Shown here piece after piece: positions 19,988 to 28,565 of a DNA stretch of 61,307 bases. The position numbers were made by a program, and so were the translations under genes. The DNA is taken from NCBI GenBank assembly GCA_023416695.1, contig JAEZGY010000064.1, positions 1-61,307 of the forward strand, given 5' to 3'. This DNA comes from Bacillota bacterium (GTDB taxonomy: Bacteria; Bacillota; Clostridia; Lachnospirales; Lachnospiraceae). Below the pieces are notes generated by a model. The model had not been told where the DNA came from and did no database searches. It was given only the letters and a program-made list of their open reading frames with translations. Within the stretch, counting starts at the first letter, position 1. Each line of letters begins with the position of its first letter.

Positions 19988-20428
19988 TTATTTTCCTTTA
20001 TACATTTGGCGATAGTGGAGGGGACGATATCCCATTCTTTCATATAAAGCCATTGCTTTTTCATTGTCCTCATCTACCTCTAGGCGGATTCTTACGACTT
20101 GATTCTTCGCCTTATTCTCAAGAAATCCAAAGAAAGCACTTCCTAAGCCTTTGTTTCTATATTCTGGCCTTACATAAAGTTCTTCAATCCATAATACCAT
20201 TCCACCTGCCTCTTGAGAGTAGGTTTTGGCTAACAGAGAATACCCAGCTGCTTTTCCGTGATACTCAAAGAGATAGCCTTCTGTATAGAGACTTAAGGTA
20301 GTTACTTCTTTAAAGGTCTGCTCTATATGACTCTCAGGGATTGGGTGTAGGACAGCATCACTGTGATAGAATTCTGTGGCCATGGCCATATAATCTATAA
20401 AATCATCTTTGGTTATTGGTCTAATCAT
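19988..20428 (-). CDS. GNAT family N-acetyltransferase
   Basis: Acetyl-CoA motif RNKGLGSAFF. AGGGGAAAT RBS before ATG 20428. The ORF-track N-terminal extension to 20596 has no RBS. Confidence 0.75.
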   Translation of the reverse strand: MIRPITKDDFIDYMAMATEFYHSDAVLHPIPESHIEQTFKEVTTLSLYTEGYLFEYHGKAAGYSLLAKTYSQEAGGMVLWIEELYVRPEYRNKGLGSAFFGFLENKAKNQVVRIRLEVDEDNEKAMALYERMGYRPLHYRQMYKGK

Positions 20429-20520
20429 TACTATTTCCCCTGTAGTTATTCCATTCAATTTAGTCACATTTTGTCTAATTATAGCATATAATATTTGGAA
20501 TAACAAATTAAAGTGATTAT

Positions 20521-21096
20521 ATGAGTTGTAAGGGTAATAAAGGTCACAGTAAATGTAATACAGAAGAGCGTGAAGAGAGACGGAGAAGGGTAGCAATTTC
20601 TACTGCAAACTTTTCGTCTACCTTTGTCAGTAGCACAACAAGCAAGTTCCATCCTCGGTTTATCAATGGCTGTAACATCGATGTTGATGAAGGTGGTTGT
20701 GGAATAGAGCTTAAAAGAAATTGGGTTTATCTGATATCCTATAGCTATACATTGGAAACAGAAAAGTGTGGCGTACTTGAAGTTACTCCAATGCTTAATA
20801 GAGAAAAAATAGAAGAGGGCATAAGTAGAGCTTCTAATGCACGAGAGGGCAAAGTGATGGTAAGTAATTCTTTCACATTAGCTACCGATTGTGCTACCAC
20901 ACTTACTTTTCGCTATTGTGCAATCGATGCAGAAACTGGAAAACGCCCTAGAGGGCAAGTATCCATAGTTTCGTTAGGCCGATTCTGTGGTGAAAGAGGC
21001 CGTGAGGAACATGAAACAGATTGCGACAAAGATGAGAGATGTTTCAGAGAAACTGAAGAACTACAGGATGATGGAAGATATTTAATGGAGTTATAA
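20521..21096 (+). CDS. Hypothetical Cys-rich protein (11 Cys), no recognisable family
   Basis: 191-aa ORF ending at a clean terminator. The start is uncertain and the RBS is weak. Divergent from the GNAT gene. Confidence 0.4.
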   Translation: MSCKGNKGHSKCNTEEREERRRRVAISTANFSSTFVSSTTSKFHPRFINGCNIDVDEGGCGIELKRNWVYLISYSYTLETEKCGVLEVTPMLNREKIEEGISRASNAREGKVMVSNSFTLATDCATTLTFRYCAIDAETGKRPRGQVSIVSLGRFCGERGREEHETDCDKDERCFRETEELQDDGRYLMEL

Positions 21097-21102
21097 AAAA
21101 GA

Positions 21103-21142
21103 AGGGTGTTGGCCAGATATTTGGTGCCAACACCCTTTGGCT
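21103..21142 (+). terminator. Hairpin AGGGTGTTGGC ... GCCAACACCCT followed by TTGGCTT
   Basis: 11-bp stem, read directly. Placed after the 20521 ORF. Confidence 0.5.
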
Positions 21143-21214
21143 TACAAAATACCTGTACAAATTTACTTCAAAGCTTCATACATATATAGTAATACCTATA
21201 AAGGAATGCTTTTA

Positions 21215-22345
21215 ATGAATCTGAAAAAGAAAATCTCCGAGAATTGGTTAACCTATATTATTGTATTAGCTTTTGCTGTGTTTACCATAGAATATTGGGA
21301 TAAAATGTGTCAGATAGTGGATTATCTACTAACACTATTGTCTCCTTTTATTATGGGAGGCTGTATCGCCTTTGTCATAAATCTTCCTATGAAATTCATA
21401 GAAAATAAGTTGTTTGTTAATCGTCATACAGGCAAAAGAAGAAAGGGTGGGAGAACCTTTAGTATTTTACTCACAATTTTTTTCTTGATTGGCATCATCG
21501 CAACAGCCTTATTCATTATTATACCTGAGCTCTTTAGCACAACAGGGGAACTAGTGTCTACTATCACCTTGTTTTCAAAAAAGCAAGAGAAGATTCTGAC
21601 GGATTTGTGGAAGCAATATCCCCAGTGGCAAGGGTTTATTGAACGAATAGATATCGACTGGAAAGTGATATTGGAGAAGATATGGGAGTTTTTAAAGTCT
21701 GGGGTAGGAGGAATTGTTGATTCTACTATTGGCGTGATTGGCTCTATCATCTTTCAAGTTACTAACTTTCTTATAGGCAGTGTATTTGCAATATACCTAT
21801 TATATAGCAAGGAAGTCATAGCATCTCAAGGGAAACAGATACTTTATGGATGTATGAAGAGGGAGAGGGTAGAAAGAATCTTATATGTCCTTTCCATTAC
21901 TCATGAGAGCTTCTCGAACTTTATTTCTGGGCAATGTATTGAGGCCTTAATACTTGGTTTCATGTTTTTTAGTACCATGCTAATCATTGGTCTTCCTTAT
22001 CCGCTATTGATAGGGGTGATTATCACTGTTACCGCAGTTGTGCCAGTCTTTGGATCATTTTTAGGCTTGGGCATTGGAATCTTTTTAATCCTAGCAACAA
22101 AACCGGTAGATGTTCTTGTATTTATTGTACTATTTTTTATCCTACAACAAATAGAGGAAAATCTAATATATCCTCATGTGGTTGGCAATTCTGTAGGGCT
22201 TCCATCCATTTGGGTTATGGTGGCAGTCACCTTAGGAGGAAGCTTAATGGGCATTATCGGAATGCTATTATTTTTACCATTGGCTTCTGTTATGTATCGT
22301 CTCATAAAGGAAAAAATCAAGGAGAAGACGCGACTTAAGGATTGA
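21215..22345 (+). CDS. AI-2E family transporter (UPF0118/PerM-like)
   Basis: Eight TM segments with a large central loop and length typical of AI-2E. AAAGGA RBS 9 nt before ATG 21215. Confidence 0.65.
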   Translation: MNLKKKISENWLTYIIVLAFAVFTIEYWDKMCQIVDYLLTLLSPFIMGGCIAFVINLPMKFIENKLFVNRHTGKRRKGGRTFSILLTIFFLIGIIATALFIIIPELFSTTGELVSTITLFSKKQEKILTDLWKQYPQWQGFIERIDIDWKVILEKIWEFLKSGVGGIVDSTIGVIGSIIFQVTNFLIGSVFAIYLLYSKEVIASQGKQILYGCMKRERVERILYVLSITHESFSNFISGQCIEALILGFMFFSTMLIIGLPYPLLIGVIITVTAVVPVFGSFLGLGIGIFLILATKPVDVLVFIVLFFILQQIEENLIYPHVVGNSVGLPSIWVMVAVTLGGSLMGIIGMLLFLPLASVMYRLIKEKIKEKTRLKD

Positions 22346-22381
22346 CAATCAGGAGTTCTTTTGCTATTGTAAGTATTGCAA

Positions 22382-22403
22382 AATAGTTAGAGTTCTAACT
22401 ATT
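22382..22403 (+). promoter_or_regulatory. Perfect 9-bp dyad AATAGTTAG-agtt-CTAACTATT about 35 nt upstream of the marR start (candidate autoregulatory operator)
   Basis: Read directly. Confidence 0.35.
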
Positions 22404-22435
22404 AGAATTCTAAATAATTTATAGCAGGAGGTATT

Positions 22436-22873
22436 ATGGGAAAGCACAGTTTAGGTATGATTCATCATATATCAAGAGTGTTGAAGCAAAGAATAGATGC
22501 TCAGGTGCAGCAATTTGGGCTTACGGGGCAGCAATCAAGAATGATTACCTTCATTGGCTATAGATCTTTGCAGGAGGACGTGTTTCAACGGACCATAGAA
22601 GAAGAATTTCATATTCGGCCATCTTCTGTCACCAGTATGCTGAAACTATTAGAGAAGAATGGTTATATTAGGAGGGAGACTGTACCCTCCGATGCTAGGC
22701 TTAAAAAACTAGTTTTGACAAAGGAAGGACAACTTCTTTGGCAGCGGATTGGTGATGTCATTGAGAGAGAAGATAAGAGAATACAAGAAAGATTAACTAC
22801 AGAGGAGCAACAAGAGTTATTTCGTTTGCTAAAAAAACTGGCAGAGACGGACAGGGAGGAAAAGAATGATTAA
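22436..22873 (+). CDS. MarR family transcriptional regulator
   Basis: Winged-helix pattern (LTGQQSRMITFIG...RRETVPSDARLKKLVLTKEG). Confidence 0.8.
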   Translation: MGKHSLGMIHHISRVLKQRIDAQVQQFGLTGQQSRMITFIGYRSLQEDVFQRTIEEEFHIRPSSVTSMLKLLEKNGYIRRETVPSDARLKKLVLTKEGQLLWQRIGDVIEREDKRIQERLTTEEQQELFRLLKKLAETDREEKND

Positions 22874-24605
22874 AAAGTTACTAGGACAGGTGAAGGAGTT
22901 TAAGAGAGACTCAATTTTGACACCGGTTTTTATTGTTTTTGAAGTAATATTGGAAGTATTACTTCCTTTACTAATGTCTAAAATAATTGACAATGGAGTT
23001 GGTAAAGGGAATTTAGGGTATGTATATAAGTTAGGAGCTATCATGTTTGGCATTTCGTTACTATCCCTATTTTTTGGAGCTATGGCAGGGAAAACGGGAG
23101 CTACAGCTTCTACAGGCTTTGCAAGAAACTTAAGGAAAGCAATGTTTCATAACATACAGAACTTTTCCTTTAGTAATATCGACAAGTATTCTACTGCAGG
23201 CTTAGTTACCCGTCTGACTACTGATGTAACTAATGTACAGAATGCTTATCAGATGATTATTCGTATGTTTGTACGAAGCCCTATTATGCTTATTTCAGCC
23301 ATGATTATGTGCTTTACTATAAACGCTAAGCTATCTCTTATATTCCTAGGTGCAGTATTGTTCTTAGGCTTTTGTTTGTACTACATCATGACTCACGCTC
23401 ATCCATTTTTTAGAAAAATGTTTCGTAAATATGATGATTTAAATAGTAGCTTACAGGAGAATCTCACAGGAATCCGAGTGGTGAAAGCTTATGTAAAAGA
23501 GGAATATGAGACAGAGAAATTTTGTCAGGCTAGTCAGAAGGTATATGATTATTCTGTGAAAGCAGAGCGTTTGATTATCTTAAATACCCCAATTATGCAG
23601 TTGACAGTATATGCTTGCATTATTCTCCTTTCCTGGCTTGGAGCAAAGATGGTAGTTGGAAGCTCTATGACGACTGGGGAATTAATGAGTTTGTTTACCT
23701 ATACTTCAAACATCTTAATTTCTCTTATGCTTATTTCTATGGTATTTGTTATGGTCATTATGGCCAAGAGCTCTGCGGAGCGTATTGTAGAGATACTGGA
23801 AGAGGAAAGCGATTTGAAAAATAAGGACAATGCCATTACAGAGGTGAAAGATGGTAGCATTGAATTTGACCATGTCTCCTTTAGCTATGTCCATGATAAG
23901 AACAACTATGCATTATGCGATATAAATCTTAAGATAAAGAGTGGAGAAACTATCGGTATTATTGGCGGAACGGGAAGCTCAAAATCTAGCTTTGTACAGT
24001 TGATTCCAAGACTATATGATGTGACAGAAGGTGCTGTTAGGGTAGCAGGAGTAGATGTTCGTGACTATGATCTCACAACCTTACGTAACCAGGTTGCTAT
24101 GGTGCTTCAAAAGAATGTACTTTTCTCGGGAAGCATTAAAGAAAACTTAAAATGGGGGAATCAAGAGGCAACAGATGAAGAAATCATTCATGTATGCAAA
24201 CTAGCACAAGCTCATGATTTTATTGAAACCTTTGAGAAGGGCTATGATACCCATATAGAGCAAGGGGGAACTAATGTATCAGGAGGGCAAAAGCAACGAC
24301 TTTGCATTGCTAGAGCACTGTTAAAAAAACCTAGGATTCTTATTCTAGATGACTCCACTAGTGCGGTAGATACTCGTACTGATGCACTGATACGAAAGGC
24401 TTTTCGTGAAGAAATCCCAGATACAACAAAGCTTATTATTGCCCAACGTATCTCTAGTATACAGGATGCGGATCATATTCTTGTCTTAAATGATGGTAAA
24501 ATCGATGGCTTTGGTACTCATAAAGAGTTATTAGAAAATAATACAATATACCAAGAAGTATATCATTCACAGATGAAGGGAGCTGACTTTGACGATGGAA
24601 AATAA
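22866..24605 (+). CDS. ABC exporter, fused TMD-NBD (heterodimeric multidrug-type, subunit 1)
   Basis: Six-TM domain plus NBD ([27 protein letters not shown]). Confidence 0.85.
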   Translation: MIKKLLGQVKEFKRDSILTPVFIVFEVILEVLLPLLMSKIIDNGVGKGNLGYVYKLGAIMFGISLLSLFFGAMAGKTGATASTGFARNLRKAMFHNIQNFSFSNIDKYSTAGLVTRLTTDVTNVQNAYQMIIRMFVRSPIMLISAMIMCFTINAKLSLIFLGAVLFLGFCLYYIMTHAHPFFRKMFRKYDDLNSSLQENLTGIRVVKAYVKEEYETEKFCQASQKVYDYSVKAERLIILNTPIMQLTVYACIILLSWLGAKMVVGSSMTTGELMSLFTYTSNILISLMLISMVFVMVIMAKSSAERIVEILEEESDLKNKDNAITEVKDGSIEFDHVSFSYVHDKNNYALCDINLKIKSGETIGIIGGTGSSKSSFVQLIPRLYDVTEGAVRVAGVDVRDYDLTTLRNQVAMVLQKNVLFSGSIKENLKWGNQEATDEEIIHVCKLAQAHDFIETFEKGYDTHIEQGGTNVSGGQKQRLCIARALLKKPRILILDDSTSAVDTRTDALIRKAFREEIPDTTKLIIAQRISSIQDADHILVLNDGKIDGFGTHKELLENNTIYQEVYHSQMKGADFDDGK

Positions 24606-26484
24606 ACATAAACGTGGTGGCACAGCTCCAAAAAAAACCTTTAAACGGCTGATTAGTTTAGTATTTTCAAAGTATCCTGCACATTGCATTATCGTGGTGG
24701 TGGCAATTATTATTAGTTCCTTAGCCAGTGTGGCGGGAAGTGTATTCTTAAAGACTTTAGTAGATAACTATATCAATCCATATATAGGCAGTCTAAACCC
24801 TGATTTTGCACCTCTTTTAAATGCCCTTTTTAAGATGGGAGGATTATTTTTAATTGGTGTATTTTGTACCTACTTATTTAACCGTCTTATGGTTTCTGTA
24901 ACCCAAGGGACCTTAAAGGGGATACGTAATGATCTGTTTGCTCATATGGAGACCTTACCAATTAAATTTTATGATACCCATGTACATGGGGATTTGATGA
25001 GTATTTATACTAATGACACAGATACCTTAAGACAGATGATTAGTCAGAGTATTCCTCAGCTAATCTCATCCTCTATTACAATTGTTACAGTGGCCATCTC
25101 TATGGTCATCCTTAGCATTCCTTTATCCTTAGTGGAGTTTGTGATTGTGGCTTTGATGATTATAATCACCAAGAAGTTAGCTGGAAAAAGTGGTTTCTAT
25201 TTTGTAAAGCAACAGAAAAATATAGGAATGGTCAATGGATACATTGAAGAAATGATGGAGGGACAGAAGGTAGTAAAGGTATTCTGTCACGAAGAAGAGA
25301 CGAAAAAGGATTTCGATTCTTGTAATGATCAGTTGTTTGAGAGTGCAAACAATGCCAATACCTTTGCCAATGTCTTGATGCCTATTATGGGAAATCTAGG
25401 GTATATCAGTTTTGTTCTAGTATCTGTGGTAGGTTCCTTTTTAGCTGTAAATGAAATACAGGGATTCTCCTTAGGTTCCCTAGCAGCCTTCTTACTATTA
25501 ACAAGAACCTTTGCACAGCCTATTTCACAAATTTCTCAACAGTTTAATGCCATTGTTATGGCTATGGCTGGGGCAGAGAGAATCTTTAAACTGTTAGATG
25601 AAGAGCCTGAGGTAGATGAAGGCTATGTTACTCTTGTAAATGTAACGATAGATAAGGAAGGTAAGGTCATCCCTTGTAAAGAGCACACAGGAATCTGGGC
25701 ATGGCAACATCCACATGAGAAAGATGGCACTGTAACTTATACTAGATTGTTAGGTGACGTAGTATTTGATGATGTGGACTTTGGTTATGATGACAATAAG
25801 CTTGTGTTGCACAACGTTTCTCTTTTTGCAAAGCCTGGTCAAAAGATTGCTTTTGTTGGCGCTACTGGTGCAGGAAAGACCACCATTACCAATCTAATCA
25901 ATCGATTCTATGACATTCAGGATGGAAAAATCCGATATGATGGCATCAATATCAATAAGATAAAGAAGGATGATTTACGTCGTTCCCTTGGAATTGTACT
26001 ACAGGATACCCATCTCTTTACTGGGACAGTGAAAGACAATATTAGATATGGCAAATTCGATGCTACAGACGAAAAGGTAATTGCAGCTGCAAAGCTAGCC
26101 AATGCTCATCAATTTATCATGCATTTACCAAAGGGATATGATACGATGCTTTCAGGTGATGGATCGAATCTATCTCAAGGTCAAAGACAACTTTTAGCCA
26201 TTGCTAGAGCTGCTGTTCAAGATCCACCTGTACTAATTTTAGATGAGGCAACCTCTAGTATTGACACACGTACTGAGTCCATTGTACAGGAAGGTATGGA
26301 TAAACTTATGGAGGGAAGGACAGTGTTTGTTATTGCTCATCGTCTCTCTACTGTTAAGAATTCTGATGTCATTATGGTACTAGAAAATGGTCGTATTATT
26401 GAACGAGGCAATCATGATGACCTAATTGAACAAAAGGGAAAATATTATCAGCTTTATACAGGAATATTTACTGAGGGGGCATGA
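24589..26484 (+). CDS. ABC exporter, fused TMD-NBD (subunit 2)
   Basis: GATGAGKTT, LSQGQRQL, ILDEATSSID. The start is either TTG 24589 or ATG 24595. Confidence 0.85.
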   Translation: MTMENKHKRGGTAPKKTFKRLISLVFSKYPAHCIIVVVAIIISSLASVAGSVFLKTLVDNYINPYIGSLNPDFAPLLNALFKMGGLFLIGVFCTYLFNRLMVSVTQGTLKGIRNDLFAHMETLPIKFYDTHVHGDLMSIYTNDTDTLRQMISQSIPQLISSSITIVTVAISMVILSIPLSLVEFVIVALMIIITKKLAGKSGFYFVKQQKNIGMVNGYIEEMMEGQKVVKVFCHEEETKKDFDSCNDQLFESANNANTFANVLMPIMGNLGYISFVLVSVVGSFLAVNEIQGFSLGSLAAFLLLTRTFAQPISQISQQFNAIVMAMAGAERIFKLLDEEPEVDEGYVTLVNVTIDKEGKVIPCKEHTGIWAWQHPHEKDGTVTYTRLLGDVVFDDVDFGYDDNKLVLHNVSLFAKPGQKIAFVGATGAGKTTITNLINRFYDIQDGKIRYDGININKIKKDDLRRSLGIVLQDTHLFTGTVKDNIRYGKFDATDEKVIAAAKLANAHQFIMHLPKGYDTMLSGDGSNLSQGQRQLLAIARAAVQDPPVLILDEATSSIDTRTESIVQEGMDKLMEGRTVFVIAHRLSTVKNSDVIMVLENGRIIERGNHDDLIEQKGKYYQLYTGIFTEGA

Positions 26485-26583
26485 AACTAAACTTGTATTA
26501 TATTTCTAAATGCCATATAATGGAATCTAGTTATTGAAACTACAACAAGTGGTTTTAAAAGTGAATAGAAAGGCAGATAGAAT

Positions 26584-27168
26584 ATGAATACAGGTAAAGT
26601 GGCAAAACTAATACGAACGATAACCTTAGCGCCTATTATGGCGCTATTGGCATTGACTGTTTTATTTAATTATACAGAAGATGTGTTTGGTAATACCTAT
26701 GAATATGTAATGGCAGTGTTTTTCTTGGTTATATTACCAATACTAGCATATCCACTGCAACCTCTAATTCCTTCTTATAAATCTAAGGGACGAGATGGTC
26801 AGAGACAATTGGCCATTGTAATGGCTGTCATTGGGTATATGGGAGGAATTACAGTTGCTCTTATAACTTCAGTTCCAGTAAAATTAAAGGTTATATACTT
26901 TACTTATTTTATTTCAGGTGTCTTAATCTTGGTGTTTAATAAGTTATTAAAGGTAAAAGCTAGTGGACATGCTTGTGGTGTTGTTGGGCCTATGGCAATT
27001 TTGGTATATTGTTTAGGGCCATGGGCTTTATTAGGGATACTGATTCTTTTTTTAGTATACTGGGCATCACTGAAGATGGAAAGACATACTGTTTCTCAGT
27101 TATGCTTCGGTTCTGTCATTCCAGTAGCAGCTCTTTTTATCTCTTATGAAATGTATCATATGGGCTAA
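26584..27168 (+). CDS. Small polytopic membrane protein, function unknown
   Basis: 194 aa, 4-5 TM segments. Convergent with the RT gene, overlapping its 3' end by 32 nt. Confidence 0.45.
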   Translation: MNTGKVAKLIRTITLAPIMALLALTVLFNYTEDVFGNTYEYVMAVFFLVILPILAYPLQPLIPSYKSKGRDGQRQLAIVMAVIGYMGGITVALITSVPVKLKVIYFTYFISGVLILVFNKLLKVKASGHACGVVGPMAILVYCLGPWALLGILILFLVYWASLKMERHTVSQLCFGSVIPVAALFISYEMYHMG

Positions 27169-28369
27169 TATTTTGGGATTCTTTAAAATATTCATTTACT
27201 AGACTTTTATAGCCCCATGCTTTTAACTCGTCATAGGAGATACGATAATTGCCTTTATAATGTCGTCCTGTGATTGTATAACGAATGTATTCCTGCATAT
27301 AAAGATCAATTTCATGAAGCCCTGTGCTGACAGTAAGATGAGGAAAAAACCAACGGTTCCAGGTAAACTCATCCTCTCCACCACTGCCATAGAACTTACG
27401 ATTCATGGCATTGATGAAGCCTATTGCAGCCTTATCAGGAGAAAGGTTTTTGCGCATTTGCCATAGTCTAAGTGCATTAGCCTTTCTTTTTATTTTCGCT
27501 TTTATTTTTCTTTTTGTCACGTCTGACAAATCAATTGCTCCATTGTAATAGGTAAACCCAAGAAAGCTCCATGGTTCTCCAGGTGAGGTAATGGCTACCT
27601 TATCGGGGTTAATCTGAAGTTTTAGTTTTAACAGATGTTCTTCAAAAATGGCGATGTAACTCTCTAGTTCTTCTTTTGTATCTGCAAAAAATAGAATATC
27701 ATCGGAATAACGAAAATACGGAATTTGTTTTTCAGCAAAGTAGTCATCTACTTTCTTAAGGTAGATATTAGCAAAAAAGGGGGAGATTGGTGTGCCAGCC
27801 ATTGCACCATGATGATCTATACAGACCTTTCCATTAACAGTAACACGGTCTTCCTTAAGAATATGAAAAAATAGGTTATACAGAGCCTCATCCCTCTCTT
27901 TTAGGAAACTTAACGAAGAGAGCAACTCATCAATATCGATGCTATTAAAGTAGTTATGTATATCAGCTTTATAGCAATATTTTTTACTAAAGGAGGTATT
28001 GTTTTTAAAATGTACCATGGCATTCCGAATTCCATAAAAGCGGCGAAAGGCGTAGCAGTTAGGACTTAACACATCATTATATACATAAAGCTGATGAGCA
28101 ATGAATTTGAGAATGATATTATCTTCTTTTTCAAAGGAGTAGACAATTCGCTTTTTTCGTGTGCCTGTCTTATTAATAGTTAACTTTCTTGGAAGGGTAG
28201 AAGGAAACATAGCAGATTTTATAAGTCCATCATAATGAAGATAACGCTTGTTATTTATAAATGTTATAATCTCTTGTTCTTCCTGTCTACTCAAATGTTG
28301 AAGTTGTTGTTTGTCCGACAGAAAGGCTTCCCAGTATGTTTTATCTGTAATTGTATCTAAAATAGACAT
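27137..28369 (-). CDS. Reverse transcriptase (RT fingers/palm motifs 1-7 plus thumb-like C-terminal extension), retron-like, not a group II intron or DGR RT
   Basis: RT motifs 1-5 are KRIVY, NAMVH (retron-type NAxxH), CYKADIHNYFNSI, AGTPISPFFANIYL and YFRYSDDILFF. Motifs 6/7 are INPDKV and SFLGF. A lysine-rich helix (KRKIKAKIKRKANALRL) and a GF..MNRKFYG motif follow. Strong AAGGAGG RBS. Confidence 0.85.
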   Translation of the reverse strand: MSILDTITDKTYWEAFLSDKQQLQHLSRQEEQEIITFINNKRYLHYDGLIKSAMFPSTLPRKLTINKTGTRKKRIVYSFEKEDNIILKFIAHQLYVYNDVLSPNCYAFRRFYGIRNAMVHFKNNTSFSKKYCYKADIHNYFNSIDIDELLSSLSFLKERDEALYNLFFHILKEDRVTVNGKVCIDHHGAMAGTPISPFFANIYLKKVDDYFAEKQIPYFRYSDDILFFADTKEELESYIAIFEEHLLKLKLQINPDKVAITSPGEPWSFLGFTYYNGAIDLSDVTKRKIKAKIKRKANALRLWQMRKNLSPDKAAIGFINAMNRKFYGSGGEDEFTWNRWFFPHLTVSTGLHEIDLYMQEYIRYTITGRHYKGNYRISYDELKAWGYKSLVNEYFKESQNISPYDTFHKR

Positions 28370-28407
28370 AGGTACCTCCTTTTTATCCTTTTAAAAAAGG
28401 ACATAAA

Positions 28408-28546
28408 AAAAGAAAGAGAAAGTGCTTTGAAGTGCAAAAGCTATGCTTTGCATACTAGACTGAACATGTCCCGGTTACCCGTAAAACCTCTTTAGAACAT
28501 GCTTCATCCTTCACGGGTACAGCGTTGCTGCATTTCTCTTTCTTTT
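28408..28546 (-). ncRNA. Candidate RT-associated structured ncRNA: a 111-nt core flanked by a perfect 14-bp inverted repeat (a1/a2-like)
   Basis: The repeat arms are AAAAGAAAGAGAAA (28408-28421) and its exact reverse complement TTTCTCTTTCTTTT (28533-28546). Internal hairpins include TACCCGT/ACGGGTA and TGCAAAGC-ata-GCTTTTGCA. No ORF. The segment ends 38 nt before the RT start. Confidence 0.35.
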
Positions 28547-28565
28547 AAACAATATTATATATTTC

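Noticed and set aside
20429-20596. 56-codon N-terminal extension of the GNAT ORF
   Set aside because: No RBS. An internal ATG at 20428 has a good RBS and matches the start of the GNAT fold. The extension overlaps the divergent Cys-rich ORF's start.
28422-28532. DRT2-style rolling-circle template: the 111-nt core is divisible by 3 and might encode an endless neo-ORF when concatenated
   Set aside because: I translated all three frames on both strands of the 111-nt unit and each contains at least one stop codon. Examples are TAG at codon 26 and TGA at codons 7 and 9 on the RNA sense, and TGA, TAG and TAG on the complement. A stop-free concatemeric ORF is therefore not possible as the unit stands.
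27137-28565. Group II intron interpretation of the RT
   Set aside because: Only 195 nt separate the RT from the upstream gene, so there is no space for domains I-III. There is no domain V/VI-like structure downstream, where a convergent gene overlaps instead. NAxxH with H after NA is the retron-type arrangement, not the RSxHDAL of intron RTs.
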